Source: Lytechinus pictus (lineage: Eukaryota). Taken from it: DNA of 64,000 nt. A program made the translations under genes and the position numbers. The stretch lies in contig NC_087249.1 of NCBI RefSeq assembly GCF_037042905.1, positions 7,566,001 through 7,630,000 on the forward strand. The letters are read 5' to 3'. Numbering within the stretch: position 1 is the first letter of the stretch; every line of letters begins with the position of its first letter. This document shows, piece after piece, positions 49,691-64,000 of this stretch. Below the pieces are notes generated by a model, which was not told where the DNA came from, made no database searches, and saw only the letters and a program-made list of their open reading frames with translations.

Positions 49691-52600
49691 GTTGAAAGTA
49701 CGGAAAGATCTTAAATTCCGCAGATGTCAACGGGTCATCAGCAGCACACCAGGGATCGCTGATGTTTCGGCCATTTGAGTGCTGTACACCCTACTGGCTG
49801 ACCAATGCTACGCTGGAATACCCTGGACAGCACCCCCGTGACACCTAAGAAATGTGAATTGTCCAGAAAGCAATAATAAACATGCCTTCCATCCAAGCCG
49901 AGCCTGTCTCGGCCGCCACACACATTCTCCTCACCCACTTCTCACACTCCCTACCACTGAACCTCATTGCTCTGATTTCACCTTCTTACAGAAACACCCG
50001 CAAATCCTCAGCACCCAACCTCGACGCGCCGAGGTTGGGTGCACCGTCGCGACTGTGTACACCTCCGCTCCCCACCCATTCTGCTTACACTCCTGCTTCA
50101 GACTAGCATACCTATCTATTTTCCTCTCCCTCGTCTCCCATGGCACCGTCAACTTACTCAACCATCACAATTTTACGAACCGACCTAGCCACTAAAAACA
50201 TATCCGGCCGCAGAGCTGTCACTACCACCTCTTCCGGCATAGTCCTATTCCCGGGCCTATTCCCCTCATCTACACGCACCTCCCAGTCGTCCGCAGCAAC
50301 TAACAACCCACCCACACCTTGTCTCTTCCTAGTCTTGCTACACCCTGGCCCCTTCTTGACAAACTCGATACCCCCTCACCCTCGGGGGTCCATTCTTCTT
50401 TCTCGTTTCTATCGCTGCCCTTGCAAAAGCTCCCATCTCCTTCAATACCTGGTTGTGCCTCCATGTACAGGCTTGCAATAACCCTGCACAAGCTGATAGG
50501 ACATGCTCTCTAACTGTCATCCTCAACACAACCCCACCGCTTCAAATTCACTGGCGTTGCAAATGGCAGGACATCAAAGGTGGAACTGACCATAAACACA
50601 CATCTCCAGATGACATCGTCCTGAGTTGGTCCCAGGAGACCTTCCTCTGCTCCACCTCTTCCCAACGAGTCCATGCACCCTGCACACCCTGATGTGCAGC
50701 TTTCGCCAACCAACATTCCTCCTCTTTCTCCTTGATCGCCTCAAGCACCATATCCCTCCTACCCTTCCCGCCTTGTTTGCTATACCATCTCATGCCAGGA
50801 CGATACCCTACCCCGCTCCTACCCACTTGGACAGCACCACGCATCTCATTCCACTTGACCATTGCCACGGCTTCATCCGCAGCATCTTCTGCCTTCCACT
50901 TTCTCCCTATACGGATCGGTGGCCTAAAGTCTGCCATTGTCTGATCTTCTGACTCTCTCATCATCATGACCAACTTAAACTTTCCAGCCTTTTACTCTTC
51001 TACCACTGATGCCATAGGAAGTCTTAGCTTTCCAGATCTACAAAAGAAAGCCAAATCCGTCAACATTCGTGGAACACCTAACCACTTCCGGTAGAACGAG
51101 TTCATCTTTTGCTGCATCCTGTCAACTCTAGAAACTGCCACCTCGTACACCTGCAGTTGCAACATGATTCGTGGCAGCAACCCATACTGGCAGCACCACA
51201 CCTTTGCATTCCCAGGAATCAAAGTCTTATCCACCTTCTTCAGCCACTCTACCACTTTATCATAAATCTGCATCCCTCGATGCCTGTCATTCAACTTATC
51301 TTCATACCAACGTCCCAAACTCCTCATCCCTTTCTCAGAAACCTGAGGTATATCCTCGTCTCTAATACGGAACCTCCTCTAAACCACCTTACCCTTCCTC
51401 AATGACACTGACCGACTCTTCTTGGCCTTGAACGTCATCCTAGTCCAAGCTACCAGCTCCTCAAGTCTACGGAGGCCTTTGTCGACCTGGGACTCGTTAC
51501 CTGACACGATCGTCAGGTCATCCATGAATGCCCTAACAGAGGGCACAACAACTTCTCCAGCCAGCGCCAACCCCTCAATCTCTGAGGACACGCGGCGGGT
51601 CAACACCTCCATACCCAGAACAAACAGCAGCGGCGAGACCGGACATCCCATTGGGGTGCCAACCTCCAATGCCTGCCACTCTGTCGTATAAGTCCAAGTC
51701 GTAAATCTCATCTTGAACTGACTATGATAGTTCTGCACCCACTCCTCGATCACTTTCGGAACCCAGAGAAACTCCAGAGCAAAGCTAAGGTAGCTGTGGG
51801 GGTACTGACCCATAAGCATTCACCAAATCCAACCAGATAACATCCACATTCTTTTCCTGTTTACACCTCTGGATTGACTCCCAGATCATCTGGACAAGGG
51901 TCGTGTGGTCCAGTGGTTAGAGAATTGGAATCCCCACCCTGCCATTGTCTCCACTTTGATAAAAAGGCCCGATAGTAATATCTGCATGTCGTCTATAAGG
52001 CCAGCCATTATGACTCATTAGCCTAGACGTAAAAAAAGTCTCTATAAGTAATTGGTTATATACCAGCTTGGCGTTTACCAGCAAAATGCTGTCCTGCCGA
52101 GTTCCTATGAGGTTAACATAAACAGAACAGACATGTTCCAAGCACCCAGGGAAACCGGGAACCCCAGCTTTCTGGACAGATGTGTCCACAACTTGTTCTT
52201 CATGACAAAGTCTGTCAACCGCCTAGCCAACACACTTAGGAGTATCTTACCATCTACATTAAAAAGAGCGATGGGTCTGAACTGACCAATACCCTTGACA
52301 TCCTTCTCCTTTGGGATGTAAAACCCTTCCGTCAGACACCAGCTACCTCGGACAATCCGCCTCCGCCAAAGTACCCTAAGGATCTGCCAGAGAACTCATC
52401 GGACACGAGGGCAATATTTGTAAGACAAGCCATTCTGCCCAGCAGCACTACCAGCTCTAGCCTTCTTCACCACTCCATCAACCTCCCAAAGCCTTAACTC
52501 ACCGAAGTCAAAACAGACCTCAGGCTCTTGAGGCCTAACCAGCCCTGGCAGCTCGAAAAACGGTTCCTCTCTTCTCTCATTGCAATATGTCTCCCTCAAA

Positions 52601-52889
52601 TGTCTCTCTAATTCCTCCTTGGAAACCTTCAAATTTCCTGAGGCCTCTTCCCCAAACAGCCTCTTGGCCAACTTGTGTGGATTGCTATAAAACTCCTTCC
52701 TCTGCTTCTCCCTCACATTTCGCTTCTTGCACAGGTATTCGACTCTTCTCACATCTGTGTACCTCTTCTTCAAATCCTCGTACTAACCCTTCAAGCTATA
52801 GCTCTCTACCTCATCAGCCTGCCGCCATCTTCGTCGCAGATTCTTCTTCTCTGCCCTCAATTGAGCCATCGAACGCTCCCTCCCTCCCT
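49691..52889 (-). mobile_element. Decayed, 5'-truncated Hero-like non-LTR retrotransposon (RT plus C-terminal restriction-like endonuclease)
   Basis: Frameshifted motifs in order: FRPIALFNVDGK, DTSVQKAGVPGFPGCLEH, WLDLVNAYGS, GTPMGCPVSPLLF, FMDD, GRKWKA, QGAWTRWE, HVLSAC...WRHNQVL, LRPDMFLV, ELTVPWE. Multiple stops and frameshifts. Confidence 0.88.
51897..52129 (+). mobile_element. SINE family 1 copy nested in the RT region of the Hero-like element
   Basis: Colinear with 12593-12840; splits ...CLEHV / QMIWESI...; GACA on both sides; the B-box segment is deleted. Confidence 0.82.
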
Positions 52890-52899
52890 CCTCCTACTT

Positions 52900-52939
<40 letters not shown>

Positions 52940-52940
52940 A

Positions 52941-52972
<32 letters not shown>

Positions 52973-52998
52973 CACTACAACTATTAATACTTACTACG

Positions 52999-53062
<64 letters not shown>

Positions 53063-53081
53063 ATACTACTACTACTACTAT

Positions 53082-53134
<53 letters not shown>

Positions 53135-53135
53135 T

Positions 53136-53173
<38 letters not shown>

Positions 53174-53301
53174 GTACTACTACCACTACTACTACTACTA
53201 CTACTAATACTACTACTACTTCCAGTACTACTACTACTACTACTACTACCACTACTACTACTACTACTACTTCTATGATTCTACTACTATGTTGCTATTA
53301 T

Positions 53302-53357
<56 letters not shown>

Positions 53358-53400
53358 TGCTTCTACTGCTATACTACGACGACTATTATTACTACTTAAT
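52890..53400. repeat. (CTA)n microsatellite
   Basis: Seen directly; abuts the truncated 5' end of the Hero-like element. Confidence 0.95.
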
Positions 53401-54394
53401 TAACTATGACTACTGTCAATGTATTTTCTTTTCTTTATGTCATTGTCTTTCAGTTATTCTATCCCCCATGGTCCATATTTCACCAAATTAATTGATTAGA
53501 AACTGTGCCTGAATCGGATCGGACACACCGCCTTTTAACTATTATTATATAGCAATACAAATCGTTAATTGGCGTATACTTTGCAACCCTGAGTTTTTAG
53601 TCGCAATCTTTTAAATATATATATACCAGAAGCCTTGTCTTGTACTTACCAGCTTTTTTAATCGACAGAGAAGTCCTTTAAATGAGACAGTGATTATCCA
53701 AATGTACTTAGAAGTTCAACGAAGAGGAGGCAGTGGTGTACGACATTCACCAAGTGACTTACTGTGCCGCGAATCAGATTACATTTACGCAGTAAATGAT
53801 CTTTCGCTCTCTGACGACATCAGAACAATTAAAACCACCCAAATATTCACGTGCACCCGGATGTGCACAATGTATGATTATAATTTGCAAATGAATAGCG
53901 GTGAGACCCAATTTGAAAAGATTTATGGGAAGCATTTCACGGTGCGCTATAGGTCCTTTGAAAACTTTGAATTACATGTATTTCCAAACAAACACAGAAT
54001 TCTACAGTAAATAGAGGGTATAGGTTGGTGTGATTTGAACAGTGACGATTCACAGTTATGTCAATAATAATGGCCTCCGATTTTGGCTAGGAACCATCAC
54101 AGACAGTTAAATATTTTACACCATTATCATGTGTTATAAGCACTGAAATCACTGAAATCATATAAGCACACAAAGACCATGAAAATACTGCGCTTACTCA
54201 AAAGTGCGGCATTTAGGAGTCGTGTCTAAATTAAAAGCATGGAATTATTTCAGGATTTTCTTATAACATGGACAATTTCAACAAATGGATATAGAATTGC
54301 AGAAAGAGATCAGTTGTGTTTCAAAAAGGGAAAGACAATATAAAGATAGAAATATGAATTGTACAAGGAGTAGCAATAGAACAAAAAAGAATAA

Positions 54395-55218
<824 letters not shown>

Positions 55219-55220
<2 letters not shown>

Positions 55221-55900
55221 GTTAGAGGCAAGACGAAAACAGTTATGTATAGACTTTGCAAGTTCTCTTGCCAAGCATCCACAATTTACTCCGTGTCTTC
55301 CTCTCAGGCAGCAATGTGATTTTAGATCACAAACGAAATATAAACAATATAAATTCAAAACTAAACGTTTCCAGTGCAGCTCTATTCCATATTATCGGAT
55401 AGACAATTCGGCTTCCGACCGAACCATTCGTGCGAAACCGCCTCTCTGGGTATTGGTCAATGGTCTCAGAATATAGATCAGGGGTACGTATAATTTCATT
55501 CATTGATATGAGAAAGGCCTTTGAAGCAGGTGAATGTGTTTTTCATTATAAATGTCAAGGAATTGTAATAGATGACAATCTACAGTTCACAAAGCATGTA
55601 TAACAAGTTGCATTACAAATTAAACAGAAATTAGGTATTCTGAGACGGTTCAAAGATACGTTCAAGTATCAAATTGCTTTTACCCATATTCAGTGTCATT
55701 TCTTTATCCTTGTTGTGTATTATTCAGTATTATCTTTTGTTAGTAAATCTGGATGTATTTATGCAATGTTTAGATGAATTGTTTTTTATAAGGGCCCCAA
55801 TGAAAATCAATAAATGTTGACTCGGGCTACCCTTTTTAAATACGCGAAATAAATAAATAAATACATACATTAATGAATAAATAAAATAAATAAATGAATA
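55219..55900 (+). mobile_element. Degraded LINE (CR1/L2-group) remnants
   Basis: SLEARRKQLCIDFA...KTKRFQCSSIPYY (LINE ORF2 C-terminus-like), IDMRKAF and GIVIDDNLQFTKHV...KLGILRR RT pieces, ending in (AATA)n. Confidence 0.6.
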
Positions 55901-56416
55901 AATATGTTAATCCTTTGAATAAAAATTAGTGAGTTTTGTTTTACTTAGTACGTTGACGTTTCCACAGTTCACTATTTTACTATTAAGATATTTAATGCTT
56001 TTTTAATATTACTGAATTTTACCTGCTACCATCCCTAAAATGATATGAAATGGTGTGTACATGTCAAGATTTGATGAACGTGATCTCCTTTCTCTTCCTT
56101 TTCTCCTTTTGCCTCCTTTTCTCTACTCTCTTTTCCATACTTTCCATTTACTGCCTTACACCTTCATGACTTAAATTTATAATTATATTCGTCTAGTTTC
56201 TTTTTTTGTTGTTTTCACTCACCTACTACTAGATTCTTCTTTTTTCTCCACTGACTCTCTAAGATCACGTAATTTACAATTTAGGTTTGTGTATCATTTT
56301 GAAAGTGTTACGAGGTTTTGTATGAAAACTTCATATGTAACTTTCATGATTTTAAAATTGATCACGATTCGGCCTTTGGCTGCGATGATCTTTTGATAAA
56401 CCATTTTATCTATCTC

Positions 56417-56453
<37 letters not shown>

Positions 56454-59400
56454 GTGGCGGTGGTAGTGATTTGGTAATGATTTTTTTTTTTTACCTAATT
56501 ATTAAGAAAGCATGAATGGTAAGCAAGCAACCAGAGGACCACGTCCCCACCCCCTTTCTTCTTCTCCTCCTTCTCACTCTTTCCTTCTTCTCTTCATTTC
56601 TCTTTCCTCCATCTCCACATCCTTATTCTCCTTCCTCTTCTCCACATTCTCTTCATAATACATGTATTCCTACTTTCCCCTTTACATTATCTGTTAATTC
56701 TTCTCAAGAAGCCTCTGCTATACCACAATCAGTGTCTCATGCAGTCAGTAATTTTCACTGATTACGTTTCTATCAGCCAATCAGATCAAAGGATTTCAGT
56801 GGCTTATAACAGTGAAAATGATGACAAGAAAAGCTTGACACTCCCCTGTAAAACAAAACAATCACCCAAACAATATTCAAGAGTCATGAAATATCAATCT
56901 ATCCAAGGAAAAATAAATTGAATATAGTTTATTTCTAAAACAGGTGTGTATTAAGTAACAAACCATTATGGCAATAATAATAGAAATAGAATATTCCAAT
57001 ACACTTTAAATGCTCTAGGTATAAAAATTCGTTTTGCAAAAGTATACATCCATAACTTTAAATCACTCTCATTGTTCAGTTTATATTGTGAGTTTGAAAA
57101 ATTGCACATACCAATGTAGCCACCTTCTGATACTGTACATTATCAAATTTCATTCACAAACATTCATTAGGATTGAGCATACAATCGTAAAACAAATCAC
57201 AAAATCTCTAAGGGCAACCTCATATGGAGAAAAAATAAATAAACTCACTAAATTGGGGCCTGTTCCATCAAAGACACACGAATATGTTAACTTTATTATG
57301 GTAGCAACCATTGCAAAATGATAAATTCAACGTTTCCATGGCGGTAATTAGAATCGCAAGTAACTGTAATGGAAGTTCTCTGTGAAAAGGACCCTTGATA
57401 TAATTACACAATCCCACGGATATTAACAAATAAATAGTTAATTCCTTTAATTCATGAAAAAATACAGAAACCAGAATTATACTAGCATATCTACCACAAT
57501 CATCATGCATGATTGATTTTTTAGAAGATATTTTTTGTTAACCATCATTGCATCATTGTACGTCATGTATCTCTGGAACATTAGCTCTATATTATAATAT
57601 CCACACATTTTTCAAAAAAAAAAAAAACATGGAATTAAGATTACCAAAGGTAAACCAAAACTACAAAATGATTTTCCAAGATTTAAGTGTGTTTTTTAAA
57701 AGCTTTTGTGCAATATCAATGTCCCATCACAAATTGCTTCTTTCAACTCATGTCCTAGTTGGCAATGACCATGTTTCATAGAAACAAAGTTGTAACATAT
57801 TACCATCATACATACATAATGCCAACTCCCTCAATCAATTTAAGACCTTGTTAAAAACCCATTTTAATGGTTAGCTATATTCGTAATAGGTCCATGGCTA
57901 TATCCACTCTATCAGTTGTGGGTTGGTCTATATAAAGGAGCACATATTTGTTTGGTTTCGTTTTGTTTGTCCCTTTTTAATTTTTTGTTCATTTATTAAG
58001 AATACATTTCTATTTTCCCCGGTAATTCATAATTAATAGTCAGATAACTGAGCACTTATAGAAACACCTGTATCAAGCACCTTACAAATGTTATAACTAT
58101 TATTATTATCATATGGAGACAATGTTATTCAGATGACAATGACAGTCTCTTGCACGGGCATATGGTGGTTTGAGCATGGGGAGGTGGATCTAAAGTGGTA
58201 TGGGGGAGTGCACATCTTGGGGAGGTGGAATTAAAGTTTGGAAAATCAGCTGTGGAAAGCAGAAGAATGGGTGCAAATTTTGTTTTGCTTGCCAGTGTCA
58301 GAACTCCTCTGCCTCAGAGGGAGGGTGCACCTCCCCCCGCCTACGCCCTTGTATTAGTGAATGCCCATCTCTTTGTAAGCCCATGGTAAAAACAAAATAT
58401 TGAAGGAAATAAAGTAGCAAGACACATTGGATGAAGAAAAAAAAAGATGGCAAAAACAGAAATATGACACAAAAGAGAAAGAGAAATTCTTATCCATGAC
58501 CCGTAAATAAGTAGCTTGATGAAAATAAATTAGTATATGGGCCCATTTTGCATTGAAATATATCTAAAATGCTACAAAATACCAAATTTATCATACAAAT
58601 TGTCAAGTGAGAATATTTCTCCTGAGAAATACCTTATCAGACAACTTTAAAGCCGGCTTTGAATGTTGGTAAATCTAAAGATTATATATTTTTTCAATGT
58701 TTGGATTCATTAACAGATTTTAAAATGAGGGCCTTTATATCCCAAAAGCATGCTGGCTTCAATTCTCTTTCCCAAAACCACCCCAGCCCCCCCCCCTTCT
58801 TTCAGAAACATTTCCTCGCTTGAACTTTTCAAAGTGAATCTGAAAACAAATTATAGACCGTCACTTGTTTAATGCTGCAAACAGCACTTTTTATCCGCTG
58901 GAATATTCTATATAAATCCAAACATCATTTTGTAAATATGAAAATATTACAGAGTGATAATTTCTAATATCTTAAACTGTACAATTTATAATTTTCATGA
59001 AGAATCAACAGATTGAAAGAAATAAAACAATTACTACACTTTCATGATATTGGAATGTTTGATGAAATCCAACCTGATTCACATTATTAAATCTTCACAA
59101 AAGATAAAGTCAGGTTTTAATGGATAAATACCTACCTTTCAGATATGTAAATCTCGACTAGTAAACTATGAGTGTCTGCCAACAAAGTTATTATGCTGCC
59201 TTGAGCCACTCCACCCTAAGGTAGCAGTCCATGACACTGTTATAGATACCTGTAGCCGCTTGCACAAAAAATCTCCATGTTTAGTCAAATGAACCCCCAA
59301 CCTTAAACTTGCCACTACACATCCCATAATACATGTACATGGAGTTTGATTCAGAAAATTATGAGATAAATAACTTATTCTTTACACTTTTTAAGCCAAT

Positions 59401-62400
59401 AAAAGGCCCTCTAAACAGACATCTTAAACAAGACAGGAAATTTTTAGAAGGCACTAAATAATGGATATATTGGTGTAAGTGAATAACATCATTTTACAGC
59501 AATAAATACCTAATATATAGGAAAATAGTCTACTTTCTGTATCAAAGCAAGGCCATGACCAGTTTCTTCCTTAAACTGCATTATACGCTTGAATACACTC
59601 AATCAAACAGGAATCAAAACACTATAAATATTCACAATATATAGATGCAGTTTGTCAATGGGTGTGATCAGTCAAAATCTGCTTGTTCTTCTAATTTGCA
59701 TAATTTTCCGGCTGACCAAATGATCAAATTGCTGGAGGCTGGCAATATTTGAAATCAGTGCCTCAAAATACCCCTATATGCCAAATTTCAGTGTCACATG
59801 TCATGTAAAACTCAAGAAAATGATATTTAATGATTTTTCATGGCAGCCATCTTGGATTTCAAAATGGCGGCCGACCCGATCGTCAAATCGCTTGGGGCCA
59901 GCAAATTTTTATATCAGCGCCCCAAATTACCCCTGTAACATACCAACTTTCACACTTTCTGCCAGATCCGAGCATCTTGGCCATTTTTTGTCACATAACC
60001 GCTACACTAAATGAGCTATGAACTTGTAATTCGACCACAGACCTGTATTTCAGTTTGATCTACCTACAGCCTCAAAATTCTCAGAATATGTCTTAAATAC
60101 TACAAGCTTTCATGCAGAAATCAAATGGCATTTATACTACCTTTGAACTATGGCCCCCAAAATATGATATTGCTACCAATCTGAAAAATGATGGGGGGGG
60201 GGCAAATAGACAGACAGGTTCAATACAACCCCCCTCCACTATTTCTTTTGTGCACTTTTTTGTAGAAAAGTAATTATTAAAACCTTGTAAAGTAAGTAAA
60301 GTAATAATAATGTTTCTGGAAGGATTTGAATCCCATACCTCGCAGTTCTGTGTGAATACGAGAGCATATCCTTTCTTTCCCCCCAAGAGCTACAAATTCC
60401 ATCTACATAATTTGAATTTAACAATACTGTGAAATTTAAGTACATTTAATGACAAGATGGATTCTCGAATGCATGCAGTTAAAATTTATGCCTAATATAT
60501 GACCTCTGAGATGTTTGACGTTTAATATCGAAAGAAAAACTAATGTGATCATAATCAGTCCTATATGCAGATGCTCAGACCAAGTTTAAAGTTGATCTGT
60601 CAAATGTTTCTTCAGAGAACAAACGCAAGGAAGTCAGACAGATTACTATAAAACATGTCACTGGCAAAGGTCTACGATGGGCGGAGAAATAAAATACTAA
60701 AAGACTACATGAAAAAGCTTAAGTGAAACAAACAAAAATGCCCATTTTACTAATGGAGCAATTAATAGTAACAAAAACATATATCATACATACAGTGTAC
60801 ATATCTAAGTAGGCAAATGTATTTCAACTTGTTCTCTATTCAGCATATTTAAGAGTTGTTCTTCATACTTCAGTAGTCCTAAATAAAACTGAAATATTGT
60901 GACACTTCTGTAATTTTAAAGAACAAATGACAGCATTATTTTTTTTTTTACTAAACTTTAGTACTTTTCAAATGAGAATATTCAAGGTTCATAATGATCT
61001 AAACATGAAAAAAAAAACATATACTCAAAATAATACACTTACAGTAACTGTTAAAAGCATCCAATCTATTTTAATTTGATTGCTTTACATGTTAACTACA
61101 GATAATTCCACGTGTATTAGGTGATTTGGATACTGATAAAGATCAAATCACAGTTTTTACATTTCTGGCACAATATCCGTTGTTTTCATGTTAAGCATAC
61201 ACTGTTAATACTAAAACATGAGATAAAATAAAGATTACAAAAAATAGATGACTTATTCATAGATAATGTAAAGTGACTTTTATAATAGTTTTTTTTCTTC
61301 AAAATAAAGTGCATAATAGTGACCTAGAAATGAAAAGTTAATATTGAACATGCATTGTTACACATCAAATAAAACTAATATTCCATTATTTAATATAACC
61401 TTTATTCCTTGTGAAGACAAATTATGTTAATCAGTTATATTTAACTTATAATCCTGTGATACAAACCAAAGGAAATTTTAAGTACATAATTTTATGTTTG
61501 TGTAGGAAATTTCTTCCAGAAGCATTAAGAACCTTGTAAGAAATCAGAGTAGTGTCTTTCCCGTAGGAATCGCGCAAGTGTCCTTTCATTTCCAGCTGTC
61601 ACACTTCATTTTAGATAAAACAATACACTGCAAGAATGCAGGTGTTAATTTAACACCAGTTTCGAATCAAACCGATATTGTTTTAACACTATTGGTGTTG
61701 CATTAATGCCTATCTGGTGATAGCCTGACGCCAAACCGGTGTTGTTTCAATACTTCCCTGGTGTTTACCGATATACATGTAGATACCAGGCTGGTGTTGA
61801 ATTAACACCAGCGTATTTGTAGAGTAGGAAATGCAGGAAAGCCACTATGAAAAGACGTATAACGCCTTTATAGCAGAATTCCAATTAAGATGGAGCAAAT
61901 ACAAAGCTGACAAAGTAACTTACGTATACGCTCGTCAAACCAAGTTTGATCTATAGGCCTACTATTAACATCATGACCTAATCATTGTCAAATTGGACAG
62001 GTCTAAAACATGGGCAGGGCCATTTTCGCTGAGCATGCTTCATGTGCAGGCATGAAATAGGTTACGCAAAGTATTATGCATGGGTCACATGATCTGTGAT
62101 CCTGTTTGGTCATCGTGTGTGTTTTAATCTTTTAATTTTCACTATTATCCATAAGGACCAAGGGATTCATTTTATTTATTAAAAAAAAGTATAAGTTTAA
62201 TGTCCAAACTACAGCGAGGCTCGAACGAGACTGAATTTCGATTTCAGTAAAGTCCTTCCACTATTTTGAACTCTGATCGCTAAGATTTTATTGGTTGGAA
62301 TGTTCATATCAAATGTTATTACAGTTTATTCGAAATTTGGATCGCAACAAATCGCATAGTGAGCGCTGGGCTTAACTCTCAAAACATTGCACAATATCAC

Positions 62401-64000
62401 ACTACTTTGTTTGGTGCTCAATTACAAGTAGTCCCAATAGGTATTTTGGAACATTGTATCCCGCTCTAAATGCCTCTCAATTTTCACTACATGTATTTGG
62501 TACCTAACAAAAATCTGCAATTTTTTCATTAAGCTTTGCCCTGACTTCCTCAATAGTGTGAAATTATTCTATTGTGCGTTTTAAATGATGAAAGTGCCAT
62601 ATTGTGAAAGAATGATAATTAAGGAACACTGCATATGAAAACTATGTGTGAATGTGGACGCTCCACCATACTATTTTGTTGATTTTTTTTTTCTTTTAAG
62701 GGCTGTGCCCTGGCTTCCTCATAAGTGTGAACATATTCTATGTGTGTGTTATTAATATTAATAGTGCTATTATTGTGCTTCTTTTGTCACATACAATGTA
62801 GGGTGACTCGTCAGTGTGCGTGTGCTACATGTATATGTAGTCTAGCCTGGTTTGTAAAAACATTTTACACAGTTATACTTCAGGTGAACAAAAGATGGCG
62901 CGTTGCAAAGACGTCACAGTGTGGTGCATTAAATGCCGTTCTCAAGTGCACAAACTTATCTGTCTTCAAATGTGTATTTCAGGATCCAAGTCATAAATAT
63001 TAGAATTACTTATGAACCACATGGCATTGTGCATTACGCTATTGCTAATATTGCACCAAGATATCAAAGGTTGGCTTTGGAGCCACTGACAATATAATGA
63101 GCAGAAACAATACTCCTGTAAAATCCTCTTTTTTTAACAGTGTTTACCAAGTTTTTTTAGTCTAAGGACCTGAAGAAAGAAATTAGATATTCTGAAAAAG
63201 GATTTGGGAATGCTCTGAAAATATTTTGTGTTTTCTGGGCACCATGTGCGTTTGAAAACAACTTGATCCATCTTTAAAAGCATGCTGGTTTAAAGTTCAA
63301 CCATGCTACATGGTCAATACACACAAAAATAAATTTAAACAATTTCCAATGCAGGTATGCACATAAAATGAAAAAAAACCTTAACATAATGTTGCTTTGA
63401 ATACTGGACTCAATGAATCTTTGACTTAATTTCATATCAAAAACTTTAAATGAAGAATGCAAGGTTGCTCCAAAATGTGAGAAGGAACATAAATTTCTTC
63501 TTTTGTAATCATGAGCGTCCTGCCTGACAGATGTATGCACGGTAGAGGAGTCCACCATTATTATTTTTATAATTATGATCACACTATGGAATGTGGAATG
63601 TATCCAACTCTTTAGTGCCAGCTCAAAACAATGTTGGGCGAAAACAGTGAGTTATACAACATTGTTCAATTTAGATTTGAATGGAAAAAAAAATGCATTT
63701 CATTTCAAATCAGCAATTAACAGATTACATATGAGCAACATCTTGGGTTTTTTTTTGTCCAATTCTTCATTGAGTCTTTAAAAGGCCAAGTCCACTCAAC
63801 ATAACATTGATTCCATTTGAATAAAAAGATAAAAATAAATCAAGCATAATACTGAAAATTTCAACAAATTTTGATGTTATAAAGGTTGTGATATTTTAAA
63901 TTTTGGTCAGATGCACTAAAGCATGTGATGCAGAAATTGGGCAGCATTTATGTACAGAATCTAATGAGGTCACACACTCTAACTTCCTTTATCATTATTA

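Noticed and set aside
56500..64000. A further protein-coding gene at the right end
   Set aside because: Only short ORFs and repeat fragments. It may be UTR or intron of a gene outside the window, but no exon chain could be supported.

Overview
AT-rich, intron-containing animal genomic DNA; the gene style and repeat families suggest a marine invertebrate, plausibly a sea urchin (inference only). Three host genes can be reconstructed by hand. (1) The last four coding exons of a SWEET/SLC50A1 sugar transporter (+, 1188-5851; the 5' exons lie outside the window). (2) An intronless cholesterol 25-hydroxylase-like gene (-, 18662-19546). (3) A 10-exon, ~854-aa TROY/XEDAR-type TNF-receptor gene (-, 47865-32481) with all splice phases consistent. 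Its three-exon ectodomain cassette is internally duplicated, and its long tail has no recognisable death domain but carries a RHIM-like VHIG motif and a TRAF-type AVQE motif. The rest is dense in repeats: a decayed Hero-like RLE retrotransposon embedded in (TAG)n, an R4/Dong-like RLE fragment embedded in a SINE's (ATT)n tail, tRNA-derived SINEs, many MITE families with readable TIRs/TSDs and several nested insertions, a TGACCT-rich satellite-bearing element, and microsatellites. No rRNA, bona fide tRNA, CRISPR or prokaryotic system is seen. All calls were made by eye without database searches.
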